From IMG/VR virus record IMGVR_UViG_3300042308_001511, positions 62,001 through 126,000 of that record: 64,000 nt of DNA; one strand, 5' to 3'. Made by a program: the position numbers and the translations under genes. Under the pieces are notes generated by a model. That model saw only the letters and a program-made list of their open reading frames with translations. It made no database searches and was not told the origin of the DNA. This document shows positions 49,325 to 58,088 of this stretch, one piece after another. How positions within the stretch are numbered: position 1 is the first letter of the stretch; each line of letters begins with the position of its first letter.

Positions 49325-50530
49325 TTATTGTTTTGTCATTATATTTGGATCTATACCCTTCAATATCAACCTTGCATTCTCTAATCTGTAGGTCTCTTTG
49401 GCAAGTTTCTCCTTAACTATGCCATAAACATCTTTACCCTGTATCAACGCCATAACTGCAGAAAAGTTTTCACTCTTCCTGTATAATTGTGCGTACCTTT
49501 TTCTCATAAGACCTTCTCTCACAGAATTATCCCAATCAAAACCATCTGCCATAGTCTGATAAACTTCGTAGTCACTCATTATAGAATTTACTCTTCTATC
49601 AACCTCTTTAGTAACTGCGGCTATTATCTGCTCTACCCTTATGTGAGACTCTTTATCTTCCTCCGGTATCTGTGCCATAACATCATCTATTTGCTCATCT
49701 AATATGTAAGCTATTAGTCTGTTCTCACGGTAAAGATCGTCTGTTAGAAGTCCGTGTAGTGAAAAATACCAAGCGGTTTTCATCTTCACAAATAATCCAT
49801 CCAAATCCACTACCCATCCTTCCATATCTTCAACGGACTTACACATCTCTACAAGTTCATCAAGAGTATAATCATATTTCACGGCAGTTCTTATAGAACC
49901 TATTTTATCCTTATAGTCGTCCAAGTCTAAATACTCACCAGTTTTGTTGTTTCTAAGTCTAAGTAGTATTAGCTCTTCTTTGGCATACCTAAGTACTATT
50001 CTATTGCTTGGTGCAACATATTCAAATACTGCAACGAGGTCGTTATCAATAGACCAGTCAACAAATTTCTTTATTTCATAGTTATTGTTGTATATAGAAA
50101 GCATTCCTACCGCTTGGTCGGACTCGAATGACATTTTAGACTTAGCAAACACATTTCCGTTTGGTAGTCTTATGAAAGATCCAACAGAACCGTCCTCTTT
50201 AGAATATACAGATTTTACTTTTCTATCTTTTACTAAGGAATATTGTGTTTCTTCAACTTGGTTTAGATTGAAGAATTTGTGAAGTAGTCTGTATGTTTTG
50301 TAATTTCCGTCGTAATCGAAAACATAAACGAGACCTCGCATTTCCCATGCTAAGTTATCGTTGAAATCTTTGTATGATGCCAATCTATAATTGAATATAG
50401 ACACATTATACCCATCTACTATGAGTTTAGCCTCATAGAAAGCAGCATCGAGATACTGGTCTATTTCTGCCACGTATCTTTTGCCGATAGTCATAGCCAC
50501 AGCTTCTTCGTATGTTGGTATTTTATACAT
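49325..50530 (-). CDS. rnlA: T4 Rnl1-like RNA ligase
   Basis: EMRG, KFFNLNQ, KEDGS, FEY..P.NRIV, EGWV, VKMKT.WY..LH. Confidence 0.9.
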   Translation of the reverse strand: MYKIPTYEEAVAMTIGKRYVAEIDQYLDAAFYEAKLIVDGYNVSIFNYRLASYKDFNDNLAWEMRGLVYVFDYDGNYKTYRLLHKFFNLNQVEETQYSLVKDRKVKSVYSKEDGSVGSFIRLPNGNVFAKSKMSFESDQAVGMLSIYNNNYEIKKFVDWSIDNDLVAVFEYVAPSNRIVLRYAKEELILLRLRNNKTGEYLDLDDYKDKIGSIRTAVKYDYTLDELVEMCKSVEDMEGWVVDLDGLFVKMKTAWYFSLHGLLTDDLYRENRLIAYILDEQIDDVMAQIPEEDKESHIRVEQIIAAVTKEVDRRVNSIMSDYEVYQTMADGFDWDNSVREGLMRKRYAQLYRKSENFSAVMALIQGKDVYGIVKEKLAKETYRLENARLILKGIDPNIMTKQ

Positions 50531-50560
50531 AATGCAAATATAATAAATAATATATAAAGA

Positions 50561-51205
50561 ATGAAACATTTAGACACATTTCAACTTTTTAATGAGAAAA
50601 TGGTGCTTGATAATTATGATGAGTATGCCAAATTAGTAGCGGATGCCTACGAAGCAGCACCAGAATATGATGAAACAATGATATCATCATATAAATCTCT
50701 TATAAATCACGCAGTTAATAAACTATATCCACAAATAATTGGTATGGGTATTGATATACAATTTGTTGACTATGATCCATATAGTAGTAGAAATGATATG
50801 GCAGAAGATGTTGAAAAGAATAAGCTACTAAGAATAAGTTCATTATTCAACGAACATCCTGGTATTGATAAAAAGATATTTACCAAAGAAGATAATTTGA
50901 AATTTAGAGCTGTACACGATTGGTATACACATATAATATGTAATCAAGATTTTGGTCTAAAAGGAGAACTAAAGGCATATAATACACACGCCACATTGGC
51001 ACCACCCGATGCACTTCCTGCACTATTTACCGAAGTAGTCGGACAAGCTTGTTATGCAATTGATAGAGGTAGTGTTGGTGAAAATGGTGATTTTATACCT
51101 GGATTCGGTGGGCAAAAGTTTGCCAGATTGAATGGATTTGATTATGGAAATGTTGGTATTGTTTCTGGATATGATATTTCGGGTAAAAAACTTTTCAAAA
51201 AATAA
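50561..51205 (+). CDS. putative head-internal virion protein with HDxxxH motif
   Basis: TAATATATA-N4-ATG; starts MKHLDTFQLFNE; FRAVHDWYTH...GE..AY..H...TEVVGQ. Confidence 0.65.
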   Translation: MKHLDTFQLFNEKMVLDNYDEYAKLVADAYEAAPEYDETMISSYKSLINHAVNKLYPQIIGMGIDIQFVDYDPYSSRNDMAEDVEKNKLLRISSLFNEHPGIDKKIFTKEDNLKFRAVHDWYTHIICNQDFGLKGELKAYNTHATLAPPDALPALFTEVVGQACYAIDRGSVGENGDFIPGFGGQKFARLNGFDYGNVGIVSGYDISGKKLFKK

Positions 51206-51233
51206 AGATAGCCCTTCGGGGCTATCTTTTTTT
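51204..51233 (+). terminator. intrinsic terminator
   Basis: AAAGATAGCCC-ttcg-GGGCTATC-T run (UUCG tetraloop). Confidence 0.9.
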
Positions 51234-51266
51234 AACTATATTTGTAGAAACTAAAATAAATAAGGT

Positions 51267-51593
51267 ATGCAAACAGTAGATATTTTTGAGAAGTTCAAAG
51301 AATTTTTAGGTAAGGGTCAATATGTAAAAGATGTTTTCCCTGAGATTTTGGAAAAACACAAAGCCGCTGATATTACTTCCGGATTGGCGGACAAATTAGA
51401 TGGTATTTCAGATCCGTTCGAAAGATTAGTGGTGGGTGTTCATGCAGTTGACCAGTTGGATACTGGGGCGACGAGTGAGGTGAAAGCATTGTCGGATCGT
51501 CACGAACCTTTACTTAGAATCTCTTTATATTTCAACTCTGGACGTGATGAAATGGCAAAAAAATACTTCGAAAAATATTTGGCACAGTTCTAA
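51267..51593 (+). CDS. hypothetical protein
   Basis: TATATTTG box upstream. Confidence 0.65.
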   Translation: MQTVDIFEKFKEFLGKGQYVKDVFPEILEKHKAADITSGLADKLDGISDPFERLVVGVHAVDQLDTGATSEVKALSDRHEPLLRISLYFNSGRDEMAKKYFEKYLAQF

Positions 51594-51630
51594 TAACAGC
51601 ACTTCGGTGCTTTTAATTTTTTTTTTGGTT

Positions 51631-52101
51631 ATGGAAAGAGTATTCAGACTTATGTCGACACATACTAATGTGGAAACCCAAATTGGTATAAATAATATTA
51701 CAAAGTCAGAATTTGACTTTATGCAGGATTTATTAAGTAATGATTATTGTATTGACTTAAAATATGATGGAATTAAGTACAATCCGGAAGGACATATTGA
51801 AGTATTGTTGACTCGTTTTGATGATGATGAGTTAGAGAAGTTTTTAGATATTGATAAAAAACTACACGTAAATTCTTTGGGTTACACAAAAGTAGAAGAC
51901 ATAACCAAAGAAGTTTTATACACAATGCACGATACGAGTGTATACGGTATTTTCGAACAGGATGTATTGGAAATGTTCTATAACTATAAATCGGACTACG
52001 TGACGAAAGATGACATACTTGAAAAAATATTAGAATACGGTATTTCATCTATAACAGAGAATGATAAAAACATATTACACGATTTACCATTAGAATTATA
52101 A
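51631..52101 (+). CDS. hypothetical protein
   Basis: Start probably MERVF; C-terminal DDILEKI..GISSIT..DK.IL helix pair. Confidence 0.6.
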   Translation: MERVFRLMSTHTNVETQIGINNITKSEFDFMQDLLSNDYCIDLKYDGIKYNPEGHIEVLLTRFDDDELEKFLDIDKKLHVNSLGYTKVEDITKEVLYTMHDTSVYGIFEQDVLEMFYNYKSDYVTKDDILEKILEYGISSITENDKNILHDLPLEL

Positions 52102-52105
52102 TCAG

Positions 52106-52279
52106 ATGAATAAGTTTAGACTACCTAGAAAGACAAAAAAGAAACTTAGGGGTTTCTATCTACTTCCTCCTGATAAAAATGGAAACAGACAATGGTGTAA
52201 TCCTAAGGCATCACAGGAAGAATATAACGATGTTAAGTCCGGAAAGGCAGAAGATATGATGAAGACATGGGTGAAATAA
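52106..52279 (+). CDS. small basic protein (not in ORF track)
   Basis: MNKFRLPRKTKKKLRGFYLLPPDKNGNRQWCNPKASQEEYNDVKSGKAEDMMKTWVK. Confidence 0.55.
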   Translation: MNKFRLPRKTKKKLRGFYLLPPDKNGNRQWCNPKASQEEYNDVKSGKAEDMMKTWVK

Positions 52280-52355
52280 AATTGGCAGCTTATGTGCAAA
52301 GAATCGGAAGAAATAAATTTAGAGTATTTGTATAATTTATCCAGACGTATTCTAA

Positions 52356-52772
52356 TTATTTAACTTTGTTATGTCTTTCAATAACACGTCCTCTTAGTTC
52401 TGTTGTAGAAAATGAGTGTCTACGCTCATTGTAGTGTGTATCTATATGAGTGAGTTCCTTTCCTGTGAAATCTTTTTCCCTATACTCCTCACCTACGACT
52501 CTTATATTTATTGGATAAGAAAGAAGTATATCCATAAGTTCTTTCTCAGTCTGGTATATTACAATCTCATCTACGTATTTACAAGCGTCTAATTGTACGA
52601 ATCTCTCAAAAACTGATTGTATAGGTCGGTTCTTCTCAGGTCTATCTATAGTAGGGTCTGTTTGGAGTCCTACTATTAGGTAATCACATACACTCTTCGA
52701 CTCTTTTAACATCATTATGTGTCCTGCGTGAAACAGGTCAAAACACGAACAGGTGAATCCAACTTTTTTCAT
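52356..52772 (-). CDS. HxGH nucleotidyltransferase (TagD / HldE domain II-like)
   Basis: FDLFHAGH, LIVGL, K.RP....ER, VDE, FSTT. Confidence 0.88.
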   Translation of the reverse strand: MKKVGFTCSCFDLFHAGHIMMLKESKSVCDYLIVGLQTDPTIDRPEKNRPIQSVFERFVQLDACKYVDEIVIYQTEKELMDILLSYPINIRVVGEEYREKDFTGKELTHIDTHYNERRHSFSTTELRGRVIERHNKVK

Positions 52773-52990
52773 AGAGGTCTTATGTTTTCTGGAAGTTCCT
52801 TCTCGTCAATCTGGTATTCACTAACGGAATTTTTTGTGTGTCTTACCATCAGGAATATAAAGTCTGTTTGACCGTCTTTCTTCACTCTTGTGTGGTAATA
52901 CTCATTTATTGTGCCCATAGCATGCACGGTCCCTAATAAATTTCTATCCTCTAGTGACTGAGGATCTCTTTTGTAAATTCTTGTACTCAT
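52769..52990 (-). CDS. hypothetical protein
   Basis: 73 aa, ATGA overlap. Confidence 0.55.
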   Translation of the reverse strand: MSTRIYKRDPQSLEDRNLLGTVHAMGTINEYYHTRVKKDGQTDFIFLMVRHTKNSVSEYQIDEKELPENIRPL

Positions 52991-53020
52991 ACGAATTATT
53001 ATTAAAATAATTCAAAAAGT

Positions 53021-53209
53021 TTAGTCTAAAGAACCTTTTACTGCCTCATATTGTTTTTCTGTTAGTAGTTTAACGGTTTTTCCATCGTATTCTACACGTT
53101 CTACGAATTTTCCGGTTTTAAGTGTTTTTTGTAGTGATATTATAAAACCATTAGTACCTTCATACTTCCTAATCCTCTTGTTGAGTTCCATTTTTTCCTG
53201 TATATCCAT
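53021..53209 (-). CDS. hypothetical protein
   Basis: YEGTNGFIISL...LTEKQ. Confidence 0.6.
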   Translation of the reverse strand: MDIQEKMELNKRIRKYEGTNGFIISLQKTLKTGKFVERVEYDGKTVKLLTEKQYEAVKGSLD

Positions 53210-53504
53210 ACTTCTTATCAATTTCAATTTGAATCTTATTCAACTCCTCTACGACTTCCTGTTCAACATCGGAATCTATATCATTTAGTATCTGATGTGC
53301 TCGGTGGTTTGCACGAACCATTATCTCAGTGAAATCGAGAACGTTTTGTTTATCTATTTCCATAACCAAGTCTTCTTCTAATATAGACTCACGGAAATAG
53401 AAGGCAATCTTTATTATTTCCGCGAGTTTGGTGGTCTGAGTGTCTGTTTGTTCGATACGCCACTTCATTTTGTTTATGATTGGTTGTAAATAGTTATCTT
53501 TCAT
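53169..53504 (-). CDS. hypothetical protein
   Basis: Start probably MKDNYLQ. Confidence 0.55.
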   Translation of the reverse strand: MKDNYLQPIINKMKWRIEQTDTQTTKLAEIIKIAFYFRESILEEDLVMEIDKQNVLDFTEIMVRANHRAHQILNDIDSDVEQEVVEELNKIQIEIDKKYGYTGKNGTQQED

Positions 53505-53547
53505 ATTTTTTTTATAAACATAATTAAAAAAAGACTGTAAAACAAGC

Positions 53548-54156
53548 ATGAGATTCGAAGATTTTAATACAAATCCAAACTGGGATGAATCCATACTTAT
53601 GAATTATAGATGTTTCTATGATGAAATATGGAATGGTGGTGAATATGAGAGATATGATGTAGGTATAATGCCTGGTGATGTCGTTGTGGATTGTGGTGCT
53701 AGTATCGGTATATTTACCAGATATGCTCTTAGTAGAGGAGCCAGTCGTGTTATTTCTATAGAAGCTGATACTGATGTACATAAATATTTAGTAATAAATA
53801 CAGAAGGTCAAAATGTACTTTCGTTAAATGGAACGGTTGGTGGAGATTGGGATATTGAATCTATTATGAATACGGCGGGAATAGAAAATATTGATTTTTT
53901 GAAAATTGATATAGAGGGTTGGGAGTTTGACCTTCTTTCTAAAATAAGTGAAGACACACTTTCCAAAGTACGTAAAATATCGATGGAGGTTCACTTATGG
54001 GGAGTTTTTGAATACATATCAGAAGTACAGACTGCTGCAAATTCGTGTTTAAGACTCACTTCATTATTAGAAAGACTTACGAAGGCCGGATTCCGAATTT
54101 CTTTTGAAAGAGCACACACGAACACGTGTCTCTATATGTTATACGCAAAGCGTTAG
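53548..54156 (+). CDS. FkbM-family methyltransferase
   Basis: VVDCGASIG, FLKIDIEGWE, MEVH. Confidence 0.85.
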   Translation: MRFEDFNTNPNWDESILMNYRCFYDEIWNGGEYERYDVGIMPGDVVVDCGASIGIFTRYALSRGASRVISIEADTDVHKYLVINTEGQNVLSLNGTVGGDWDIESIMNTAGIENIDFLKIDIEGWEFDLLSKISEDTLSKVRKISMEVHLWGVFEYISEVQTAANSCLRLTSLLERLTKAGFRISFERAHTNTCLYMLYAKR

Positions 54157-56096
54157 ATACGAAAGTCGTTGAATCCTGAGATCCAGGACTCGTTCTTCTT
54201 CTTTCCCTTCTTCTTTCCCTTCTTCTTCACTGGCTCCTCTCTCTTCTCGTAAGGATTGACCTCACCATCAGGGCCCAAAGATTCTTCAGTCACATCTACT
54301 ATATTCTCGTCGAACGCACTAGCTATGCCTTCCGCCTTCTCTGTGTCAATAGTACCGACGTATGCCGTCGATCCGGAATAATAAGAAGATGGTGCCGACA
54401 CGTATACCGGAATTTCCGTTTGATCGAAATACTCGTAGTCGAATATTTTCTGTAATAACCCACTCTCACTATCCTCATGTATAAAGAGTAACATGTGTAC
54501 GTCATCTAACTTGCTTACGTAAGCCCTATCATCTTCGTTTTGATCTTCTACTCCGAAGAAGAAAGTCTCGTCTAATTCGACGTTCCACTTCTTCATACTT
54601 TCAAGCTTGTTCCTGAAGAAGTAAGTACCTGCTATCTCCTTCAGGAAAGGAATGACCTCCGGTCTACGATTTATAATCTCGAAAATAACTTTTTGATTAG
54701 GATCCTCGTGCATGTACTTTCTGATTTCCCAGTAGAACACAAGTGCTGACTTACCAAGTTTGTTCTTCTCTGCCGCAACGACCGACCAGAATAGTTCCTC
54801 GTCGAGTTGCTGTTCGGACATAACACACTGCATATAAGTCGCCCTGATACCAGGATATTCCCTCACTTTAGATATGTATTTACCTGCCGCTTTCAGTACC
54901 TTTTCATAACCTTCTTTTCCCCGAAGCGTGTCAAGAATATTCTCTATGTGTTTTACCTGATCTTCGAATTCTTCTTCCAGACCTTCCTTTCGGATTAACC
55001 TCTCTATACCTGCAACCGTTTCTACCTTTCCAACCAACTGGTTAGGATCCATCCTGTAATACGTTTCATCAGAATCCGCATATAACACAGGGTTCAGTGT
55101 GAACCTTCCATATTTGGCACCGTTCACCTCGTCTAACCAAGCATCTACCGTCGATTTGAAAACAGAAACCTTCTTACCGTACATTTCCGTATCGGAAACT
55201 AGCACGAAGTCGTCTTTGTCAACCTCTTTGTCATCCTCTACCTCTCTTATGTAAGGCTTTATGTTCAGAACCGAAACAGGGTTCTTTATATCTAAGTCGT
55301 CTTTCCTCACCAGGTAAGAAACCAAAGATCCTTCCTTCACATCATAAAGTAAATATTTTGCATTCACACCGGTCTCTGTTCTATCATCAATATCACTTTC
55401 GAGTGATCTTATTCTATCATTTATATTAGTTTCCTTTTCCTGTAACTCACTGAGTTTTTTTTCCTTATCAATGTTAGGAACAAATCTATTAATCTTATCC
55501 TTACTTAGTTTTATTTCGTCTATCTCTTGTTCTAAGGTCTGCCATTCTTGTTTGACTTTTCTTAGTTCTCTTCTGAGTTTTTCTACCTCGTCCTGTTTTT
55601 TGGTTACTCTCTCAGAAGTACCGTGTGCCATAGTCATACAGTTCGTCCAGTCTCTATCGGTATCAGCACCTGCGATATCATATGGGTGTCTTGATATTAC
55701 AACCATTAGTTGTTCTTTCGATCCAGCTTTCCTGTTTTCATCCTCTACAAAGGATTTCATAAGTCTTTTTGCTTCGTTGTCTTTGGCACCTAATTTGGTG
55801 AGCACCTGACCAATCTTAGATGTATTTTTGGCATCTTTGAATTTACAAATACCTTTCACATAATCAATAACCTCGTAACCTGCATTGATTAAATAATCGG
55901 TTACTTCTTTCTCAGTACCGGTATTATTAACGAGTGTTTCACCCTTCAATGGTAGATAAATTCGATAATGGTTCTTATCACCATTATATTTTTTGAATAT
56001 TTCTACATACCTTTCTTTATTGAAAGCTTGTACAAATCTACGGAATTGTGAAGGTTTGAGTGCCTCTGTAAAAGTTTTGAAATTTATTATTTTCAT
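54153..56096 (-). CDS. large putative head-internal virion protein
   Basis: TATATA-N5-ATG; starts MKIINFKTFTEA; central coiled coil; ends KKNESWISGFNDFRI. Confidence 0.7.
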   Translation of the reverse strand: MKIINFKTFTEALKPSQFRRFVQAFNKERYVEIFKKYNGDKNHYRIYLPLKGETLVNNTGTEKEVTDYLINAGYEVIDYVKGICKFKDAKNTSKIGQVLTKLGAKDNEAKRLMKSFVEDENRKAGSKEQLMVVISRHPYDIAGADTDRDWTNCMTMAHGTSERVTKKQDEVEKLRRELRKVKQEWQTLEQEIDEIKLSKDKINRFVPNIDKEKKLSELQEKETNINDRIRSLESDIDDRTETGVNAKYLLYDVKEGSLVSYLVRKDDLDIKNPVSVLNIKPYIREVEDDKEVDKDDFVLVSDTEMYGKKVSVFKSTVDAWLDEVNGAKYGRFTLNPVLYADSDETYYRMDPNQLVGKVETVAGIERLIRKEGLEEEFEDQVKHIENILDTLRGKEGYEKVLKAAGKYISKVREYPGIRATYMQCVMSEQQLDEELFWSVVAAEKNKLGKSALVFYWEIRKYMHEDPNQKVIFEIINRRPEVIPFLKEIAGTYFFRNKLESMKKWNVELDETFFFGVEDQNEDDRAYVSKLDDVHMLLFIHEDSESGLLQKIFDYEYFDQTEIPVYVSAPSSYYSGSTAYVGTIDTEKAEGIASAFDENIVDVTEESLGPDGEVNPYEKREEPVKKKGKKKGKKKNESWISGFNDFRI

Positions 56097-56180
56097 AGTA
56101 CTATATATAAAAACGTTTGACCTGATAAAAAACATTTTCTCTATGTAAAACTATAATAGGACGACAAAAAATATTTTGCA

Positions 56181-56672
56181 TTGATGAAAATAAAGATTTA
56201 CCCCGAAGACATAGTACGTAGGTGCTTATGGGACAACTACGTTTACTACATACTCGCTGGTTCCGATAAGGAAGCAGAGAAGATTCTTGCAGAGAATCAA
56301 GAGATGGATATTACAGAAAAGGATGCACTTGTAATTGGACTTTTGAAGGTTATAGAGACTGACAATCTAATACACAAGTTCAACGGATATGTAGTAGAGT
56401 TTCTAACCAATAAATCTATTAAACACACAGATTTACTTTTGGCAAGAAAGAAGACATTTGATACTGCTGTTGATAAATTCCTTGATAAATTTCCAGATTA
56501 TTGGGAGCCAAAGTCTACATATGTGGGTTCTTTGGCGGAATTGGTAGAGTACGTAAACTCAATGAAGACTGATTTAGAATCATTAGAGGTTCATAAAGTA
56601 GTTGATAAAAATGTCACTTATGAATTCTACAATAGTGCTGCAATACGAAAATTATTAAAATTCAATTATTAA
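56181..56672 (+). CDS. hypothetical protein
   Basis: AAAC-N18-TATAAT upstream; heads the grpE-dnaJ operon. Confidence 0.7.
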   Translation: MMKIKIYPEDIVRRCLWDNYVYYILAGSDKEAEKILAENQEMDITEKDALVIGLLKVIETDNLIHKFNGYVVEFLTNKSIKHTDLLLARKKTFDTAVDKFLDKFPDYWEPKSTYVGSLAELVEYVNSMKTDLESLEVHKVVDKNVTYEFYNSAAIRKLLKFNY

Positions 56673-56677
56673 TAAAA

Positions 56678-57217
56678 ATGGAGGATAAAAATAAAATTAG
56701 TGAGGAACTAAAAACCAAAGAAATGAAAATAGATAGTAATACTATTGGACTTGATTTGACTGGTGAAAATGCAACAGAGTTTGTATTAGAAGACAATCCA
56801 ATTGTACATGTTTCTGTATTAGAAGAACAATTAAAAGAAGCAAATAATAAATATATGCTTCTTTATGCAGACTTAGAGAACTACAAAAAGAGAGTCACTA
56901 AGGAAAAAGAAGAAATTAAAAGTAATACAAAGGTTTCTATGTTATCTGCGATATTAGATATGGATAACGACATCGCGTTGGCAATTAAGAATATAAAAGA
57001 TGAAACTGCGAGAGATGGTGTTAGTCTAATTGCCGGAAAATTAGAGAACTTCTTAAAGTTACAAGGTATTGAGCCAATTCAAACTGAGACTTATGACGAA
57101 GATTTACATGAAGTAGTTACTGTTATTGGTGAAGGTAAGAACGTGATTGATGTTATATCAAAAGGATACACACTTTCTGGTAAACCATTCAGATATCCAA
57201 AAATAGTTATTGGGTAA
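56678..57217 (+). CDS. grpE: nucleotide exchange factor GrpE
   Basis: ADLENYKKR..KE, D...HE, KGYTL.G...R...VI. Confidence 0.92.
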   Translation: MEDKNKISEELKTKEMKIDSNTIGLDLTGENATEFVLEDNPIVHVSVLEEQLKEANNKYMLLYADLENYKKRVTKEKEEIKSNTKVSMLSAILDMDNDIALAIKNIKDETARDGVSLIAGKLENFLKLQGIEPIQTETYDEDLHEVVTVIGEGKNVIDVISKGYTLSGKPFRYPKIVIG

Positions 57218-57762
57218 TGAAACAGAGAGCCTACAACACTAGGTTCACTGAAGGATTGAACCATGCTTACTTCATAAATGGTCTTATAACCTCCTATACT
57301 GATAAAGTACAGGATGAAAGTATGCGTGAACAAATTAGTAGAGATCTCGAACATCTGATTGACGAAAGAAGAGAGTTGTTCAAAGAAGGTCCTTTATCCG
57401 GTTATATGCACGAAATTGACGAGGATTCCACTGAGGAGTTCCTCGTCAGATGTGTATATGAAGCTTGGGAAAGTATGGTACTAAATCCACCCGGTTTATT
57501 CCGTATAAACCCAGGTGATACTAGAAGAGAGATGTTATCACTTATGTGGGACGTTGATCACTTTTTAGACACTATTTCTGTGTGGGCAGCAGATGTAGAT
57601 GGTCTGTTAGACCGTTTCGAACACTTAGACAAAACATCTGATACGATGCGTTTAATAACGCAGAATTATGTTAATATGATGATTAAAAAGTGTCAGGGAC
57701 ACACTAAACAAGAGCAGGAAATTATACTAAGAGACTTAAGGATAGAAAAGACACTGAAATGA
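57217..57762 (+). CDS. hypothetical protein with C-terminal RDxRI motif
   Basis: Ends ILRDLRIEKTLK. Confidence 0.65.
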   Translation: MKQRAYNTRFTEGLNHAYFINGLITSYTDKVQDESMREQISRDLEHLIDERRELFKEGPLSGYMHEIDEDSTEEFLVRCVYEAWESMVLNPPGLFRINPGDTRREMLSLMWDVDHFLDTISVWAADVDGLLDRFEHLDKTSDTMRLITQNYVNMMIKKCQGHTKQEQEIILRDLRIEKTLK

Positions 57763-58088
57763 AACTTAGATGGCATTTAGAGATATCACCACACGTAGAT
57801 ACACTAAAATACAGAAAGACCGTTGAGGATTTAGTTGGTCCTATTATGGACTGGTTATGTGAAAGAGTGGTCGAAAATGACCTCACTACATTCGAAAAAG
57901 TAGAGGATCTTTTTAAACAAATAATGGATGAGCTTCCAATAATGCGATTGTTGCGTAGATCCGATTACAACGAACACTACGTCGGACCGGACTTCTTTAT
58001 ACAATACAACAAAAACACCGATATTATCTTTGAAGATAATGTGGCTTGTATACGAAGAGAACTTATAATAGACAACCTACTGAAATGA
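57759..58088 (+). CDS. hypothetical protein with C-terminal RExxIxxLL motif
   Basis: Ends IRRELIIDNLLK. Confidence 0.65.
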   Translation: MKLRWHLEISPHVDTLKYRKTVEDLVGPIMDWLCERVVENDLTTFEKVEDLFKQIMDELPIMRLLRRSDYNEHYVGPDFFIQYNKNTDIIFEDNVACIRRELIIDNLLK

